IMG/VR virus record: IMGVR_UViG_3300025601_000007
DNA from: a virus
Lineage: Duplodnaviria; Caudoviricetes
DNA: 64,000 nucleotides
Strand: one strand, 5' to 3'
Positions 54,639 to 64,000 of the stretch are shown one piece after another (the stretch's first letter is position 1; every line of letters starts with the position of its first letter). The translations under genes and the position numbers were made by a program. Below the pieces are notes generated by a model. That model did not search any database, was not told where the DNA came from, and saw nothing but the letters and a program-made list of their open reading frames with translations.

Positions 54639-54998
54639 ATGAATAAGTCAACCAAACAACGCAACATGGAGCTGCTCGGACTTTCCGAGGGGGTCAATCT
54701 AAAGTCGCTTCAAAACGATTCATTTAAGCATTTGAGTGAATCCTATGAGGAACAAAAGAGTGACGAAGCTAATAAAGAAGGGATGACTGTTGAAGATTTT
54801 GAGCAAAAAAGTTTTAAATCACGCGAAGAAGACTCCGTGCTTTATGACCTTACAAATGAAACATTTGAAATCATGGTTGTAGACGAACTAATTAGCGAGG
54901 GGCACAGTGAGTTTAAATCAAGTGATGACTACGAAAATATTTCAACGAAGAAAGCTAAGGGTTTAATTAGAAAATTTATCTCCTCCTTAGATACTTAG
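54639..54998 (+). CDS. acidic putative head-associated protein
   Basis: CTATTTAT at 54614; RNMELLGLSE. Confidence 0.7.
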   Translation: MNKSTKQRNMELLGLSEGVNLKSLQNDSFKHLSESYEEQKSDEANKEGMTVEDFEQKSFKSREEDSVLYDLTNETFEIMVVDELISEGHSEFKSSDDYENISTKKAKGLIRKFISSLDT

Positions 54999-55012
54999 TA
55001 GAGTAAAGAATT

Positions 55013-55192
55013 TTAATCAACTTTTAAGTCAGGCTCGCCAGAGTTCTGACTTTTTTTTGCTTCAGGAAGTGGCTGCGCCAGAAAGTCTATAGTGTTCGCG
55101 ATTTCTCTTGCTTCTCGAAGGGTGTAAGTCCCTCTGGATTGAGCCATCTCAAGGTAATTTACCAAGTTGATAATTGCGTCGTTTGCTGTCAT
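55013..55192 (-). CDS. 59-aa protein MTANDAIINLVNYLEMAQSRGTYTLREA...
   Basis: Fills a gap; just under the track cutoff. Confidence 0.7.
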   Translation of the reverse strand: MTANDAIINLVNYLEMAQSRGTYTLREAREIANTIDFLAQPLPEAKKSQNSGEPDLKVD

Positions 55193-55222
55193 GATTGTGT
55201 TTTACTAAAAATGATAAGAGAA

Positions 55223-55969
55223 TTACAGATTGTCAAGCTTAGTTTTCTTCCATCCTGTATTTGTTTTGATGTAGAAGAAAACATCATCCCAAGCAAATGT
55301 TCCGATTGGAGACTTGTCTTTTGACGTTGGAGTTGTTGAGTCTCTTAGACAAAGAAGAGGGCCTTCTCCGCTTAATGTTAGCTTGGCGCCTAGCTTATGA
55401 AAGGCTCCTATGCCGACACTGCCATCGCCTTTTACAACCAAGTGTGTGGTTGAATCTTGAAAAGCATTCTTTTTTTCTCCTGCTTTTGATTGTATTACTA
55501 AACTGTGATATGCAGGCGTATCTTTTTTCGGAGCTATTCTAAGCCTTGTTTTCTGGTAAGGTCCAGTTGTGAACTCGTGTTCTACCCCTAAAGTAACAGC
55601 AGCGTGCTCTTTGTTGTAATTTAGAGTTCCATCGATGGAAAGCTCTTTCGAATCAGACTTAATCAAGCCCGCCTCTATTGAGGAAGTCTTTAATAGAAGT
55701 GAATCAATTTTTTTAAAACTAGCTTCATCTCCTTCTATGTTAGTTATATTAAGCTTGTGGTTCAGTTTTAAACCATAAGTAAGACTCTCTCCTTTTGGCT
55801 CAGAAACCACGAAGTTATCATCTTCACACTTTAGCTTAGAAGCATTAGAATCTAGCTCTTTTAGCAGAGATTTGAAAGCAAAAGTAAGTTGTGTGAAATT
55901 GCCATCAATATTAGCTTTAAGTTCGTGTGGAGGTAATCTCCAATCTATTTTTTTTAATTTGAGTTCCAT
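55223..55969 (-). CDS. tail-fibre-like virion protein
   Basis: N-terminal L...E...N.DGNF; GDGSVGIG; C-terminal WD..FFYIKT..GWKK. Confidence 0.65.
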   Translation of the reverse strand: MELKLKKIDWRLPPHELKANIDGNFTQLTFAFKSLLKELDSNASKLKCEDDNFVVSEPKGESLTYGLKLNHKLNITNIEGDEASFKKIDSLLLKTSSIEAGLIKSDSKELSIDGTLNYNKEHAAVTLGVEHEFTTGPYQKTRLRIAPKKDTPAYHSLVIQSKAGEKKNAFQDSTTHLVVKGDGSVGIGAFHKLGAKLTLSGEGPLLCLRDSTTPTSKDKSPIGTFAWDDVFFYIKTNTGWKKTKLDNL

Positions 55970-55983
55970 ATCTATAAATAGTG

Positions 55984-57522
55984 TTAGCTTGTTAAACCGC
56001 TCATTATAATGGTCCAAGATTTTCCCGTTAAACTTTGATAATGACTAAACCCATTAATGCCACCACTAGATGTATCATACCCACTTGTTGTGCCTGACAT
56101 AGATAAAGAACCTCCAGTCCACCCGAAGTTATCAAGGTCGTGAAGTATGTGATTTGACACTGTTTCATCCCAATTCGAGTTGTCATCAAACTGGAGAGTA
56201 ATATCGTTGCTTGAACTTCCTGATATTGGCTTCATATCTAAATATCCATGCTCAGGGCAGTTATATAATTCGAGGTTTGTCACTGTGTTTGCTATGGTAG
56301 GAAGTGTTGTGGCAGTTAAGGAGGCGTTTGAATGAAGCCTGATAAACCCTCTTAACCCAGTAACGTTAGAAATGTCTAAGGTTGCTAAAAGAGGGTTTGA
56401 GAACACTTGAAATAAAGAAATACTGTTGCTCCAACCTCCTAATGTCATCCCAGATAAGACACTGTTGTTGTTAATCCTAAAATCAGTATTAACATTACTG
56501 AGCATAGAGAAATCTAAATCTTGTAAATTTGAGTTACTATTTAAAGACATTAAAACAATAGACCTAGAGGATGGTCCAAATAATACACTTCCGTTTGACT
56601 GGTTTCTAATGGTTATACTTCCTGCTATCCCACTCATAGGGCTTAGGTCGACTGTGTCAGTGGCATTATATCCGTTTGATTGCATAAACACTGTGCTTAC
56701 ACTATTTGAACAGCTCGGAAAAGTTACTGCGGTGAGTGACGTATTTCCAAATAAGTTGATAGAGCCGCCAAAATTGGGTCCCATTACGCTCATGTCTAAA
56801 TCGGTTAACTTTGTAGACTGAAATTGCCAAACCCCTGTAGCTGCGCTGATTATATTCGTTGGAAATGTTATTGCAGATAGTGTCGACAGCGGATATGCAT
56901 CAAGCGCTGTAAGAGCGGAAAAGGGGCTTAAATTTTCATTTGTTAACATTGTATCACGTATAGATAAAGAAACGCGGTAAATTGTGCTTGGCCATGTGAC
57001 AGCGGTTAAATTAAAATTTGTCCTAACTCTAACAAAGCTATTGTCTGAGTCTTCACCTATATTGTGAAAACCAGATATGTCTAAGTTTCTCAAATCGTTT
57101 GCAAAAACAGAAAAAGTTGTTATTGCACTATTTGATTTATCTACTGGATTTACATCACTAGGAAAAATTATCTTTGTAAGATTATGGTGTCCAGCAATTT
57201 GAACACTACCCCTTAGTTGTGATTGAGAAGATAAATCAAAAGTTCCGATTAAGCTATCTGTTGCTCCAGTTGTAGTCCAAAAAATATCTTGCATCATGTT
57301 GTCTCTGTCAAACACGATTGCTCCTGTGTATCCAGTTGTTGTGGGTCGGAGGTCTACATCGTCCCCAGCAACGGCATATCCCAGTGTTGAAAACTCTGTT
57401 CTACTTCTTCTGTTTGTAGAAAACAAATTGTTATTAACCCTGTAATATATTGCCTCACCTGAATAAGTGAAGCCAATACGTTTAGACGACTGTCCTTGTG
57501 AAAATGAAAAGCTATTGAACAT
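55984..57522 (-). CDS. leucine-rich-repeat fibre/adhesin-like protein
   Basis: Repeated N..L..LD(L/I)S / T.VT(F/W/L)P units. Confidence 0.7.
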   Translation of the reverse strand: MFNSFSFSQGQSSKRIGFTYSGEAIYYRVNNNLFSTNRRSRTEFSTLGYAVAGDDVDLRPTTTGYTGAIVFDRDNMMQDIFWTTTGATDSLIGTFDLSSQSQLRGSVQIAGHHNLTKIIFPSDVNPVDKSNSAITTFSVFANDLRNLDISGFHNIGEDSDNSFVRVRTNFNLTAVTWPSTIYRVSLSIRDTMLTNENLSPFSALTALDAYPLSTLSAITFPTNIISAATGVWQFQSTKLTDLDMSVMGPNFGGSINLFGNTSLTAVTFPSCSNSVSTVFMQSNGYNATDTVDLSPMSGIAGSITIRNQSNGSVLFGPSSRSIVLMSLNSNSNLQDLDFSMLSNVNTDFRINNNSVLSGMTLGGWSNSISLFQVFSNPLLATLDISNVTGLRGFIRLHSNASLTATTLPTIANTVTNLELYNCPEHGYLDMKPISGSSSNDITLQFDDNSNWDETVSNHILHDLDNFGWTGGSLSMSGTTSGYDTSSGGINGFSHYQSLTGKSWTIIMSGLTS

Positions 57523-57528
57523 GTGTTA

Positions 57529-58968
57529 TTAAGTATAATCTCCACCTATGGTCCAGTAGTATTTGGTTCCTGTGTAGTAGAATGTAACAATATCTTCACT
57601 ACCGCTATTTGAAGTGATGTTAAGCAACCCTCCTGCTCCATTAACAACAGCTGAGCTCCCTGGAGGAGCTAAGGCGTGTCCGCCTGAAGCATCTTGCTTC
57701 ACTAGAAGGGTGCCGTAGTCTCCTGCAGATACGTTACTTACATTTAAAGTGGTATCTGCAGTAAGGATTAAGAAAGCATTATGTCCGAACTCTAAATTCC
57801 AAATAGTGGTCGTGTTGAATGCAAGAGTCTGTGGTGCTCCACCTGTGTTTCCTGTTAATTGAGATACTAGCGCTATTGTCCCAGAAGCATCTGGAAGACT
57901 CCAGTTTCTATCAGCTGTGAGTAATGAACTAAAGTCGAGCCCAGCCATTCGTGTTCCATTGTAAGCTGATATAAAACCATTTCCGTTTGTTTGACTTCCT
58001 GATTTAAAGAATACGCCATCTTCTCTAAGGATGTCAAGTGTTTTCCCAACATATCTAAGAGCTCCATAAGTATCTCCTGTAATCATGAAGATGTCGTCTG
58101 AATCAGCGCGAACGCACCAATCACGGGCGCCAGAAGATGTTCTAAAAGTTAGGGATTCGCCAGAAATTGTTGGAGAGCCCTCAGTTACTATGTTGTTTTG
58201 AATAATGGTTTCTTGCCAGCTTTTATTTCCACCTCCTGATGTGAGCCCAGTCCATGCTCCATTTATATATTGAAAAAGGCCTGTGTTTGCAGAATACGCT
58301 ATGGCTCCGTCAGAAGTGTTTGTTGAGGGAAGCGTTGCTCCAGAAAATCCTCGCATTTGAATCATACCTTCCCAAGTGATTGCCGCAGCGTTGGCTCGTT
58401 CGCCCGCTCCTGTTCCTCCCCCAAGAATCATCCCGTAGTCAGTTGCTGTAAAAGAATTAGTCCCTTGTGGCTGCGCATATCGGCCAATAACCACTTGAGA
58501 GTTTCCAGAGGCTGTGTTTGAGAGTCCTCCAGCTGATGAGTATAAGGCTGAAGCAGTATTCCCACTACCTCCACCCACAAATGAATATGGGCTTGTTGCT
58601 GTATTATCTCCCTGGATTGTTAGCAACGATGTGGCTGTGGACCCAGATTTCCAATATGCAGACTCAACACTTGTAAAGTTTGTTTGCCCTGTGTAATCAT
58701 ATAGCGTTAACTGCGCCCAATCACTTGAAGTGTAGTCCCAGGGCGTCGAATTAAGTCTATAATACATTCGGACACCATTAGAAATGGTTCCAGCAATCAT
58801 ACCAGCTCTACGTCTTTGAACTGTAATTCCAGAGAGGACAGAACTGTCTCCTGAGAAATTTCTTAATCCATCAACGCCATAAATTGTGTCGGTTACTGGA
58901 TAAGTATCCTCACTGTCCGTAGGGGCTATAAACCCTGTTACTCTAACACTTCCTGGTATTGCTCCCAT
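57529..58968 (-). CDS. tail-fibre / virion structural protein
   Basis: Gly/Ser/Thr-rich; VGGGSGNTAS repeats; LPDASGTIAL; QDASGGH. Confidence 0.7.
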   Translation of the reverse strand: MGAIPGSVRVTGFIAPTDSEDTYPVTDTIYGVDGLRNFSGDSSVLSGITVQRRRAGMIAGTISNGVRMYYRLNSTPWDYTSSDWAQLTLYDYTGQTNFTSVESAYWKSGSTATSLLTIQGDNTATSPYSFVGGGSGNTASALYSSAGGLSNTASGNSQVVIGRYAQPQGTNSFTATDYGMILGGGTGAGERANAAAITWEGMIQMRGFSGATLPSTNTSDGAIAYSANTGLFQYINGAWTGLTSGGGNKSWQETIIQNNIVTEGSPTISGESLTFRTSSGARDWCVRADSDDIFMITGDTYGALRYVGKTLDILREDGVFFKSGSQTNGNGFISAYNGTRMAGLDFSSLLTADRNWSLPDASGTIALVSQLTGNTGGAPQTLAFNTTTIWNLEFGHNAFLILTADTTLNVSNVSAGDYGTLLVKQDASGGHALAPPGSSAVVNGAGGLLNITSNSGSEDIVTFYYTGTKYYWTIGGDYT

Positions 58969-59867
58969 TATGTAATCGTTATATCAATTGCCGCGCCTAG
59001 AATATTCTTAGTCCTATATATCCTGTAATTTGTTGTTTGAGAGTTCCCGTTAGTCACGGATACGGTTTTATAGTGGAATCCATTTTCAGAACTTGCATAC
59101 CCCTCTGCTGTGCCTGCCATTACCAAGTTGAACCCTGTTTGGTCATCTTTGATTGTGTTTATTGCATCAAATGAGTCAGGTACACAGAAGTATTTATATC
59201 CACCAGCAGCAAGTGTCCATGTGCCAGCAATTGAAACAACTAAAGAATCCTCTGAAAGAGCTTCAATTTGCGTTTCGTTTAAAGCTGTGTTTGTTGAGGT
59301 TCCGTAATACATCTTCCATCTCCACTCCATTGTAAATGTTTTTGAAAAATCTACACTCTCTGAATCTGTTCCTTTTATTGTCCATTCGTGAGACCCAGGA
59401 GTTGTTTTCTGAATCGTTGCTCCTAGTGCCAAGTTTTCTGTGCTGTCATCAGCTAAAGATGAACCAAGTGTGGCTGTGTTGGTTGTGTCCACGATTAATA
59501 ACGTATTTCCTAGTACGTTAGCAGAGTTAGTTGTGGTCCAAGTGAATGTTTTTGTTCCTGATATAGACACTCCCGCCTCTACAACCACCGCTTGGCTATC
59601 TATTTCAAATGCTGAAAAAGCAGGATGTTGAAAGGGGTACAACAGAAGGTCGAACATTTGTTGAACATCGAAATTTCCCCCGAATGTTGTTCCTGCATCA
59701 ATACCACCTGCATCAATCGTTGTGGGGTCTGAGTTAGTGAAAAAACTACCTGAAAACCCAGTAACACTTCCTGTGGCCAGGCACATAAAATTGTCGTTAA
59801 TTTTATTCCTTCCTTCGTTAGGCGTGTCTTGTGGGTATATGTTGTATATGGTGCAGCCAGATGGCAT
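58968..59867 (-). CDS. virion structural protein
   Basis: DT.NEGR.KINDNF N-terminus; Thr-rich; CTATTTAT upstream. Confidence 0.7.
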   Translation of the reverse strand: MPSGCTIYNIYPQDTPNEGRNKINDNFMCLATGSVTGFSGSFFTNSDPTTIDAGGIDAGTTFGGNFDVQQMFDLLLYPFQHPAFSAFEIDSQAVVVEAGVSISGTKTFTWTTTNSANVLGNTLLIVDTTNTATLGSSLADDSTENLALGATIQKTTPGSHEWTIKGTDSESVDFSKTFTMEWRWKMYYGTSTNTALNETQIEALSEDSLVVSIAGTWTLAAGGYKYFCVPDSFDAINTIKDDQTGFNLVMAGTAEGYASSENGFHYKTVSVTNGNSQTTNYRIYRTKNILGAAIDITIT

Positions 59868-59955
59868 TTTTTAGAGCTTTATCATAAATAGCTCAAGAGA
59901 AGAAATTGCTAAACATTAATTCTATATTCTATCAAACAGGATTTTTGCTAGTTCA

Positions 59956-60753
59956 TCAGAAGTATTGTTTGTTCATGAAGCTCATTGTTTCATCGGAGTA
60001 AAAATCAGAAGCAAATAAAACGAACTCTTGTATCATCTCTAGATAGTGTGGACTAGGCATTCTTGAACCTTCATGCATTTTTCCTTGACACTGAGCCACC
60101 ATTCCACTAATGGAAACACCATTATTTTTTCTTAGTAAAATTTCAGTTGTAACGTGTGGCTTGTTGTTTTTATCTCGAAGAGACACAATGATTGAGTGGT
60201 CATTTTTTATTTTTTGCTGGTATCCCATAGCACCAACACAGTGTCCCATGTGGGTTCCTTCAAACTTCAGCTCTCTTGGGTCTAGTATGTAAAAAAAATG
60301 CTCTTGGTTTTTGCATCTATACACAATTCTTTCAGGGTCTAGGTCTGGGCTATCTATCTTCTCAATCTGCATCCGCATAGCAATTTCTTGATGCCATGCC
60401 TCTTGTGCAAGAAACGCCTGTTTAAAGTTATACTTAAATGCGTCAATTTTTTCGTCAATCATCCAGTCCATAATAGATTGAAATTCCAGTTCCTTATCTA
60501 AAATATCTAAGTTTAATGGCTGGTCTTGTTTAAAGAGCTGTTTAAGGTGGTCTTTTACTATTTTAGCTATCCACGTGTCATATTTATGTTCGCGTCGATT
60601 GTCGTCGCCTTGATTGCCTATAAAACCAATTCTGGACCCAAGCTCACTGATGCGTTCTATAATAACAACAGCTTCCTCTTCTTTGTAGTATTTTGGGAAG
60701 AAAAAAGACAGATTATACTTCTGCCTCTTTGTTAGGTTTTGACTCTTGGACAT
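59956..60753 (-). CDS. PcfJ-like domain protein
   Basis: L..EG..MGHCVG...Y...I......SLRD...KPHVT.E...Q..GK. Confidence 0.78.
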   Translation of the reverse strand: MSKSQNLTKRQKYNLSFFFPKYYKEEEAVVIIERISELGSRIGFIGNQGDDNRREHKYDTWIAKIVKDHLKQLFKQDQPLNLDILDKELEFQSIMDWMIDEKIDAFKYNFKQAFLAQEAWHQEIAMRMQIEKIDSPDLDPERIVYRCKNQEHFFYILDPRELKFEGTHMGHCVGAMGYQQKIKNDHSIIVSLRDKNNKPHVTTEILLRKNNGVSISGMVAQCQGKMHEGSRMPSPHYLEMIQEFVLFASDFYSDETMSFMNKQYF

Positions 60754-61003
60754 AAACAGTTATTTTCATCTTATCGTTCTCTAAAACCTCTTCTTCCCAA
60801 ATTGCTTCCATTAAGACTTTGCTTTCCAGCTTTATACCACCTATTTTATATACTTTTTTAAACGTTCCGACATTGTTGACTTCGTCAAGTTCTATGTTTT
60901 TCACGTACCAGCATTTAGTGACTTTAGTAAAGAGGTCTTTGAAAAATCTCCACTTGCAGCTGATGTACTTAAGGCGATGGACTTCTTGAGAAAGAGAAAG
61001 CAT
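60713..61003 (-). CDS. hypothetical protein
   Basis: ORF in run. Confidence 0.65.
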   Translation of the reverse strand: MLSLSQEVHRLKYISCKWRFFKDLFTKVTKCWYVKNIELDEVNNVGTFKKVYKIGGIKLESKVLMEAIWEEEVLENDKMKITVYVQESKPNKEAEV

Positions 61004-61524
61004 TATCTTTTTCTCTTAATTTTCAAAGCCTCAGCTTTCTTACTTACGCTTTTTTCTCCTCGATTAAGTTTTTCCGCCACATACTTAGCTCCATTTTTTG
61101 GATAATGTTTTTTGAGATAAGAAAGTTCTTCTTCGTCCCATTTTCCAGTCTTTAAATCGCTTTTGGTATACTCCTCTACTTTTTGTGATGCTTTACCAAG
61201 AATTGATGATATAGACGTTTCGTTAGGCTTGGGTTTTTCCTGAGCTTCTATAGCAACGTGGTCTTGTTTTAGTTTTTCGGTTTTATCTCCAATGGTATAC
61301 GGAGTCAGAAATGTCATCCCTATTTTTCCATCGTCTTGAGTAATTTTGATTAATGCTTTTCGTTGATAAACTCGAAGGGAAGACGTCATTGCGTTTGACT
61401 CGGTCCAAAACTCCTGGTTAGGGGCTAAGTTTATTGTTTCAACATCTTTAGACCCATACTTTATCATTACCTGAATAGGATATGTTGCGTCATTGTTATT
61501 TGTGTGTGTGATACAAAGTGCCAT
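61003..61524 (-). CDS. protein with C-terminal Myb/SANT-like HTH
   Basis: WDEEELSYLKKHY...VAEKLNR...SV..KA..L. Confidence 0.75.
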   Translation of the reverse strand: MALCITHTNNNDATYPIQVMIKYGSKDVETINLAPNQEFWTESNAMTSSLRVYQRKALIKITQDDGKIGMTFLTPYTIGDKTEKLKQDHVAIEAQEKPKPNETSISSILGKASQKVEEYTKSDLKTGKWDEEELSYLKKHYPKNGAKYVAEKLNRGEKSVSKKAEALKIKRKR

Positions 61525-61566
61525 TATAATTTATTTTGATAATAATAATCAGATTTATCCATAAAA

Positions 61567-61603
61567 CAAAAAAAACGCCGCCTATTGGCAGCGTTTTTTT
61601 TGT
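61567..61603 (-). terminator. rho-independent terminator
   Basis: aaaaaaacgccgcc-tatt-ggcagcgttttttt. Confidence 0.75.
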
Positions 61604-61618
61604 TCTTAATTTCGTTTA

Positions 61619-63916
61619 TTAAATTTTGAACCCTGGGTTGTTTACAAGCATTCCAGTATTAAAATCCCAAAGGAAAGCTTTCCCTGTGTTCTCATAATCC
61701 TCTTTGAATACTTTGTAATAAACAGGTGCTAAGCACATTGGTTTTTCAATCTCAATTACTAGTTTTCCGTCAACTGATTCTCCTTCTTCGATTCCACCGT
61801 CTCTTGATAGAGAGTTTAGGCCTTCGACTGATTCAGTGATTCCTCTTTTTGGTAAAAAAATTTCTTTTGAATCAGGTATTACGCTTTCAGCTGCATGAAT
61901 AGTTTCTGCATCTTTCATTGTGGCAAGGCGCTTCCATCTTTCATTTAATTCAGTCTGAGTCGTAAGCCCAACTCTCGTGTATCGCTTAGAAACGGATTCA
62001 TTTACAGACTCTTGATGAATCTGATGAACACCTACTAGCATTGCATGATATCCTCCGTTTTCCATTAGCTCAAGAACTTGAGGAACCTCCATTACCTTAT
62101 ACCCGTTAGCCTCTACTTCTGGGCTTGCTGGGTTTGCGTTTTCATACACAATGAATGTTTTTGATTCGGCAATTTCATTTACCACAACTGGAGTTTGAGC
62201 GTTTTTCAAATAAGTCCAAGCTGTGTATTTTTGACGAGCTCTGTCTTCGCTTTCTTTCAAATCGTGCTTATGAGATTTTCCACCTGGGTACTTTTGAACT
62301 CCTCCAGAATTATACTCTTCTTCTTCGTCAGAATTTACTTCTATACCTTCGGCGCCTGGGGCACCCATAATGTGGTTTTTTTTGTAACCGTCTAACGTCT
62401 CTTGAGGGACAACTTGCCAGAATCCGTCAGTCCCTTCAGGGATGATGCGGGTATGGTTTGTTGGTCTGCGATTCTCACGAAGACTTCGTGCGTAAGGAGT
62501 GTTGTTGAAGCGCTTTTGTGATTCTGTCATTTGTTCTCCAGCACTGGTTTGGCTTTTAAGGAAATCGTCAATCTGCCTCATGCAGTCTTTAACTGTATCT
62601 CCTTCTCCAGCTCCATATTGCCCTGTGTCGGGAGCATAGTCATAGTAATCAGTGTGCATCCATTTGTATCCAGGTATTCTATCGAGAGGTTCGATTTTTG
62701 CACCTTTATACATAACCGTGTCGCTTTTTCCTTCGTTTACTGGCTGGTCGAAAGGTGCTGATGAAGCAATGTTTCTTTTTCTTGTAGCGTTGATGGGAGC
62801 ATCATAAGCAAATCCTCCTGCTCCGCCAGCACCTCCAGCAGATGTGATTTCTGAAACTTCTTCTTCACCATAAGCAGATGGAATTTCTTCACCAGACTCA
62901 GAGTACATAGGTTCACCTTCCCAGTGAGCTTCTCCTTTTACAATCCACTCCATCGTGTCTTCGTGGTCCCAATCTAAAGCTTCGCTTGGAGATAAAACAT
63001 TTCCATAATTGGTTACAAAAAACGTGCTTTGAGCGTATGGGGTGTTAAGCGTGTTTTTTACCTGTTCAGCTGAATACGGCTCGCCTTCGGATTCATTCAT
63101 TTTGTCACCCAAAATGAGGTCATCTTTTTCTTCTCTTTGTTCAGCTTGCGGGTACTCAGCAGGCTCTTGCTTCACTTTTACACGTGGTTTCCCGTTTGCT
63201 CTAGTGTTTCCTTCGGTATCTTGATGATACTCAGCAGGCTCTTGCTTCACAATTGGACGCGGTTTTGTCTCATCTATGTTAAAGCTTTCTGTAATCTTTT
63301 TTTCTGTTGATTCGAAATCATCAGAAAAGAGGCTTGACAGTGTAAATCCTTCAACCACAGATGCAGTTGACTTTTCAATGCCGTCTTCGTTTCCAAGTTT
63401 TGTCATGGTTATAAATCCTATTTCTTTTTCAGAAAACTCTTTGAGCTTCTTTGTCATTTCTTTTTTAAACTTATCCATATTGGCGCAATTCATAATTATT
63501 TTCTCGTTAATCATGTATCCGCCTTTTCCTTCTTGAAATCCACGAAACGCAGCGTCTTCTGTGTTTTTGTAATGCATTTCAACAGTCATAGTTGCAGGGT
63601 GGATGGTCATATGCATTTCAACGACAATTCTTTTTCCGCCAAGAGAAAGTCTTTTTTCGAGGTACGAGTCAGTTTTGGAACCAACTTTTACATTGTACGC
63701 ACCTTCATCTACGCCATATCCATAAGCGTTTCCGTCGCCGTAAAATCCAGCAGGTGCAGCTTTTTGATTATAGCCAAGAGTGTTGAAAGCAAACTCTGCA
63801 GTCTCTTCCATTGTGTTTTTTAGGAAATTATAGACTTCTCCTCGCATCTTCTGTGCCTCTCTAAAGTCTTTGTTTCTAGGGACGACTCCCTTTGGGTAAA
63901 TTATACCTTCAGCCAT
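61619..63916 (-). CDS. large acidic putative prohead-core / internal head protein
   Basis: 765 aa; many (I/L/V/M)-x-E sites; VKQEPAEY x2; CTATTTAT upstream. Confidence 0.65.
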   Translation of the reverse strand: MAEGIIYPKGVVPRNKDFREAQKMRGEVYNFLKNTMEETAEFAFNTLGYNQKAAPAGFYGDGNAYGYGVDEGAYNVKVGSKTDSYLEKRLSLGGKRIVVEMHMTIHPATMTVEMHYKNTEDAAFRGFQEGKGGYMINEKIIMNCANMDKFKKEMTKKLKEFSEKEIGFITMTKLGNEDGIEKSTASVVEGFTLSSLFSDDFESTEKKITESFNIDETKPRPIVKQEPAEYHQDTEGNTRANGKPRVKVKQEPAEYPQAEQREEKDDLILGDKMNESEGEPYSAEQVKNTLNTPYAQSTFFVTNYGNVLSPSEALDWDHEDTMEWIVKGEAHWEGEPMYSESGEEIPSAYGEEEVSEITSAGGAGGAGGFAYDAPINATRKRNIASSAPFDQPVNEGKSDTVMYKGAKIEPLDRIPGYKWMHTDYYDYAPDTGQYGAGEGDTVKDCMRQIDDFLKSQTSAGEQMTESQKRFNNTPYARSLRENRRPTNHTRIIPEGTDGFWQVVPQETLDGYKKNHIMGAPGAEGIEVNSDEEEEYNSGGVQKYPGGKSHKHDLKESEDRARQKYTAWTYLKNAQTPVVVNEIAESKTFIVYENANPASPEVEANGYKVMEVPQVLELMENGGYHAMLVGVHQIHQESVNESVSKRYTRVGLTTQTELNERWKRLATMKDAETIHAAESVIPDSKEIFLPKRGITESVEGLNSLSRDGGIEEGESVDGKLVIEIEKPMCLAPVYYKVFKEDYENTGKAFLWDFNTGMLVNNPGFKI

Positions 63917-64000
63917 TTATACTGGTTTTGTAATAAATAGCTACAAAAACAACTTATTTCTTATTCCATCGCTCTGCGTAGGGGTGTTTTGCGTCATCCT

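Noticed and set aside
55984-58968. Diversity-generating retroelement targeting the fibre genes
   Set aside because: No reverse transcriptase and no template/variable repeat pair with adenine-specific mismatches were seen.
1537-63823. Numerous opposite-strand or nested ORFs in the track (e.g. 2351, 10625, 34937, 56426, 63533)
   Set aside because: These are shadows of well-supported genes, with no promoter motif and atypical composition.
1-64000. tRNA or rRNA genes
   Set aside because: No cloverleaf with a T-loop GTTCRA found by eye; GAGTCGAATCC at 4398 is part of the promoter motif. A tRNAscan run would be decisive.
1-64000. Stop-codon reassignment
   Set aside because: Conserved enzymes are full length in code 11, with TAA, TAG and TGA all used as real stops.
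1-64000. Bacterial chromosome origin for the window
   Set aside because: Housekeeping-like genes are isolated among short ORFans, virion-type genes and phage-style promoter classes. This cannot be formally excluded without capsid or terminase context.

Overview
This window is most consistent with a 64-kb segment of a jumbo (huge) dsDNA phage infecting Bacteroidetes. That is an inference: no capsid or terminase gene is in view. It rests on dense small ORFs in genetic code 11, TAnnTTTG host-type promoters, no Shine-Dalgarno pattern, auxiliary metabolism genes and virion/fibre genes. Layout: (i) 1-8.1 kb, a divergent array of about 21 small genes, each preceded by a 27-bp motif TCATCC-N15-ACTCAT (27 full copies). 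In 18 copies the ATG sits exactly 7 nt downstream. The array includes a ~960-bp duplication whose ends fall inside the motif and short counter-oriented GGAAA transcripts. (ii) A repeat-rich spacer and a tyrosine recombinase. (iii) 10-22 kb, runs of divergent small-gene and membrane-protein paralogues plus a kinase-like protein and a PARG-type macrodomain. (iv) 22-47 kb, nucleotide, NAD and RNA-repair genes: adk, dfr, thyA, two MazG-like proteins, dNMP kinase-HAD, pncB-nadD-nadE, HD-kinase, two nucleotidyltransferases and a CCA-adding enzyme. (v) 47.5-51.2 kb, an AT-rich island of single-gene cassettes separated by seven attC-like hairpins; four cassettes have 8-9/9-bp complementary ends, the diagnostic integron-cassette signature, and no IntI is present. 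(vi) 51-64 kb, late/virion genes. Three phage promoter classes can be read from the sequence: TCATCC-N15-ACTCAT, ECF-like TGAAAC-N16-CGTATA and CTATTTAT. Many late proteins share capsid-targeting-like N-termini. All product calls come from motif recognition by eye; no database searches were run.
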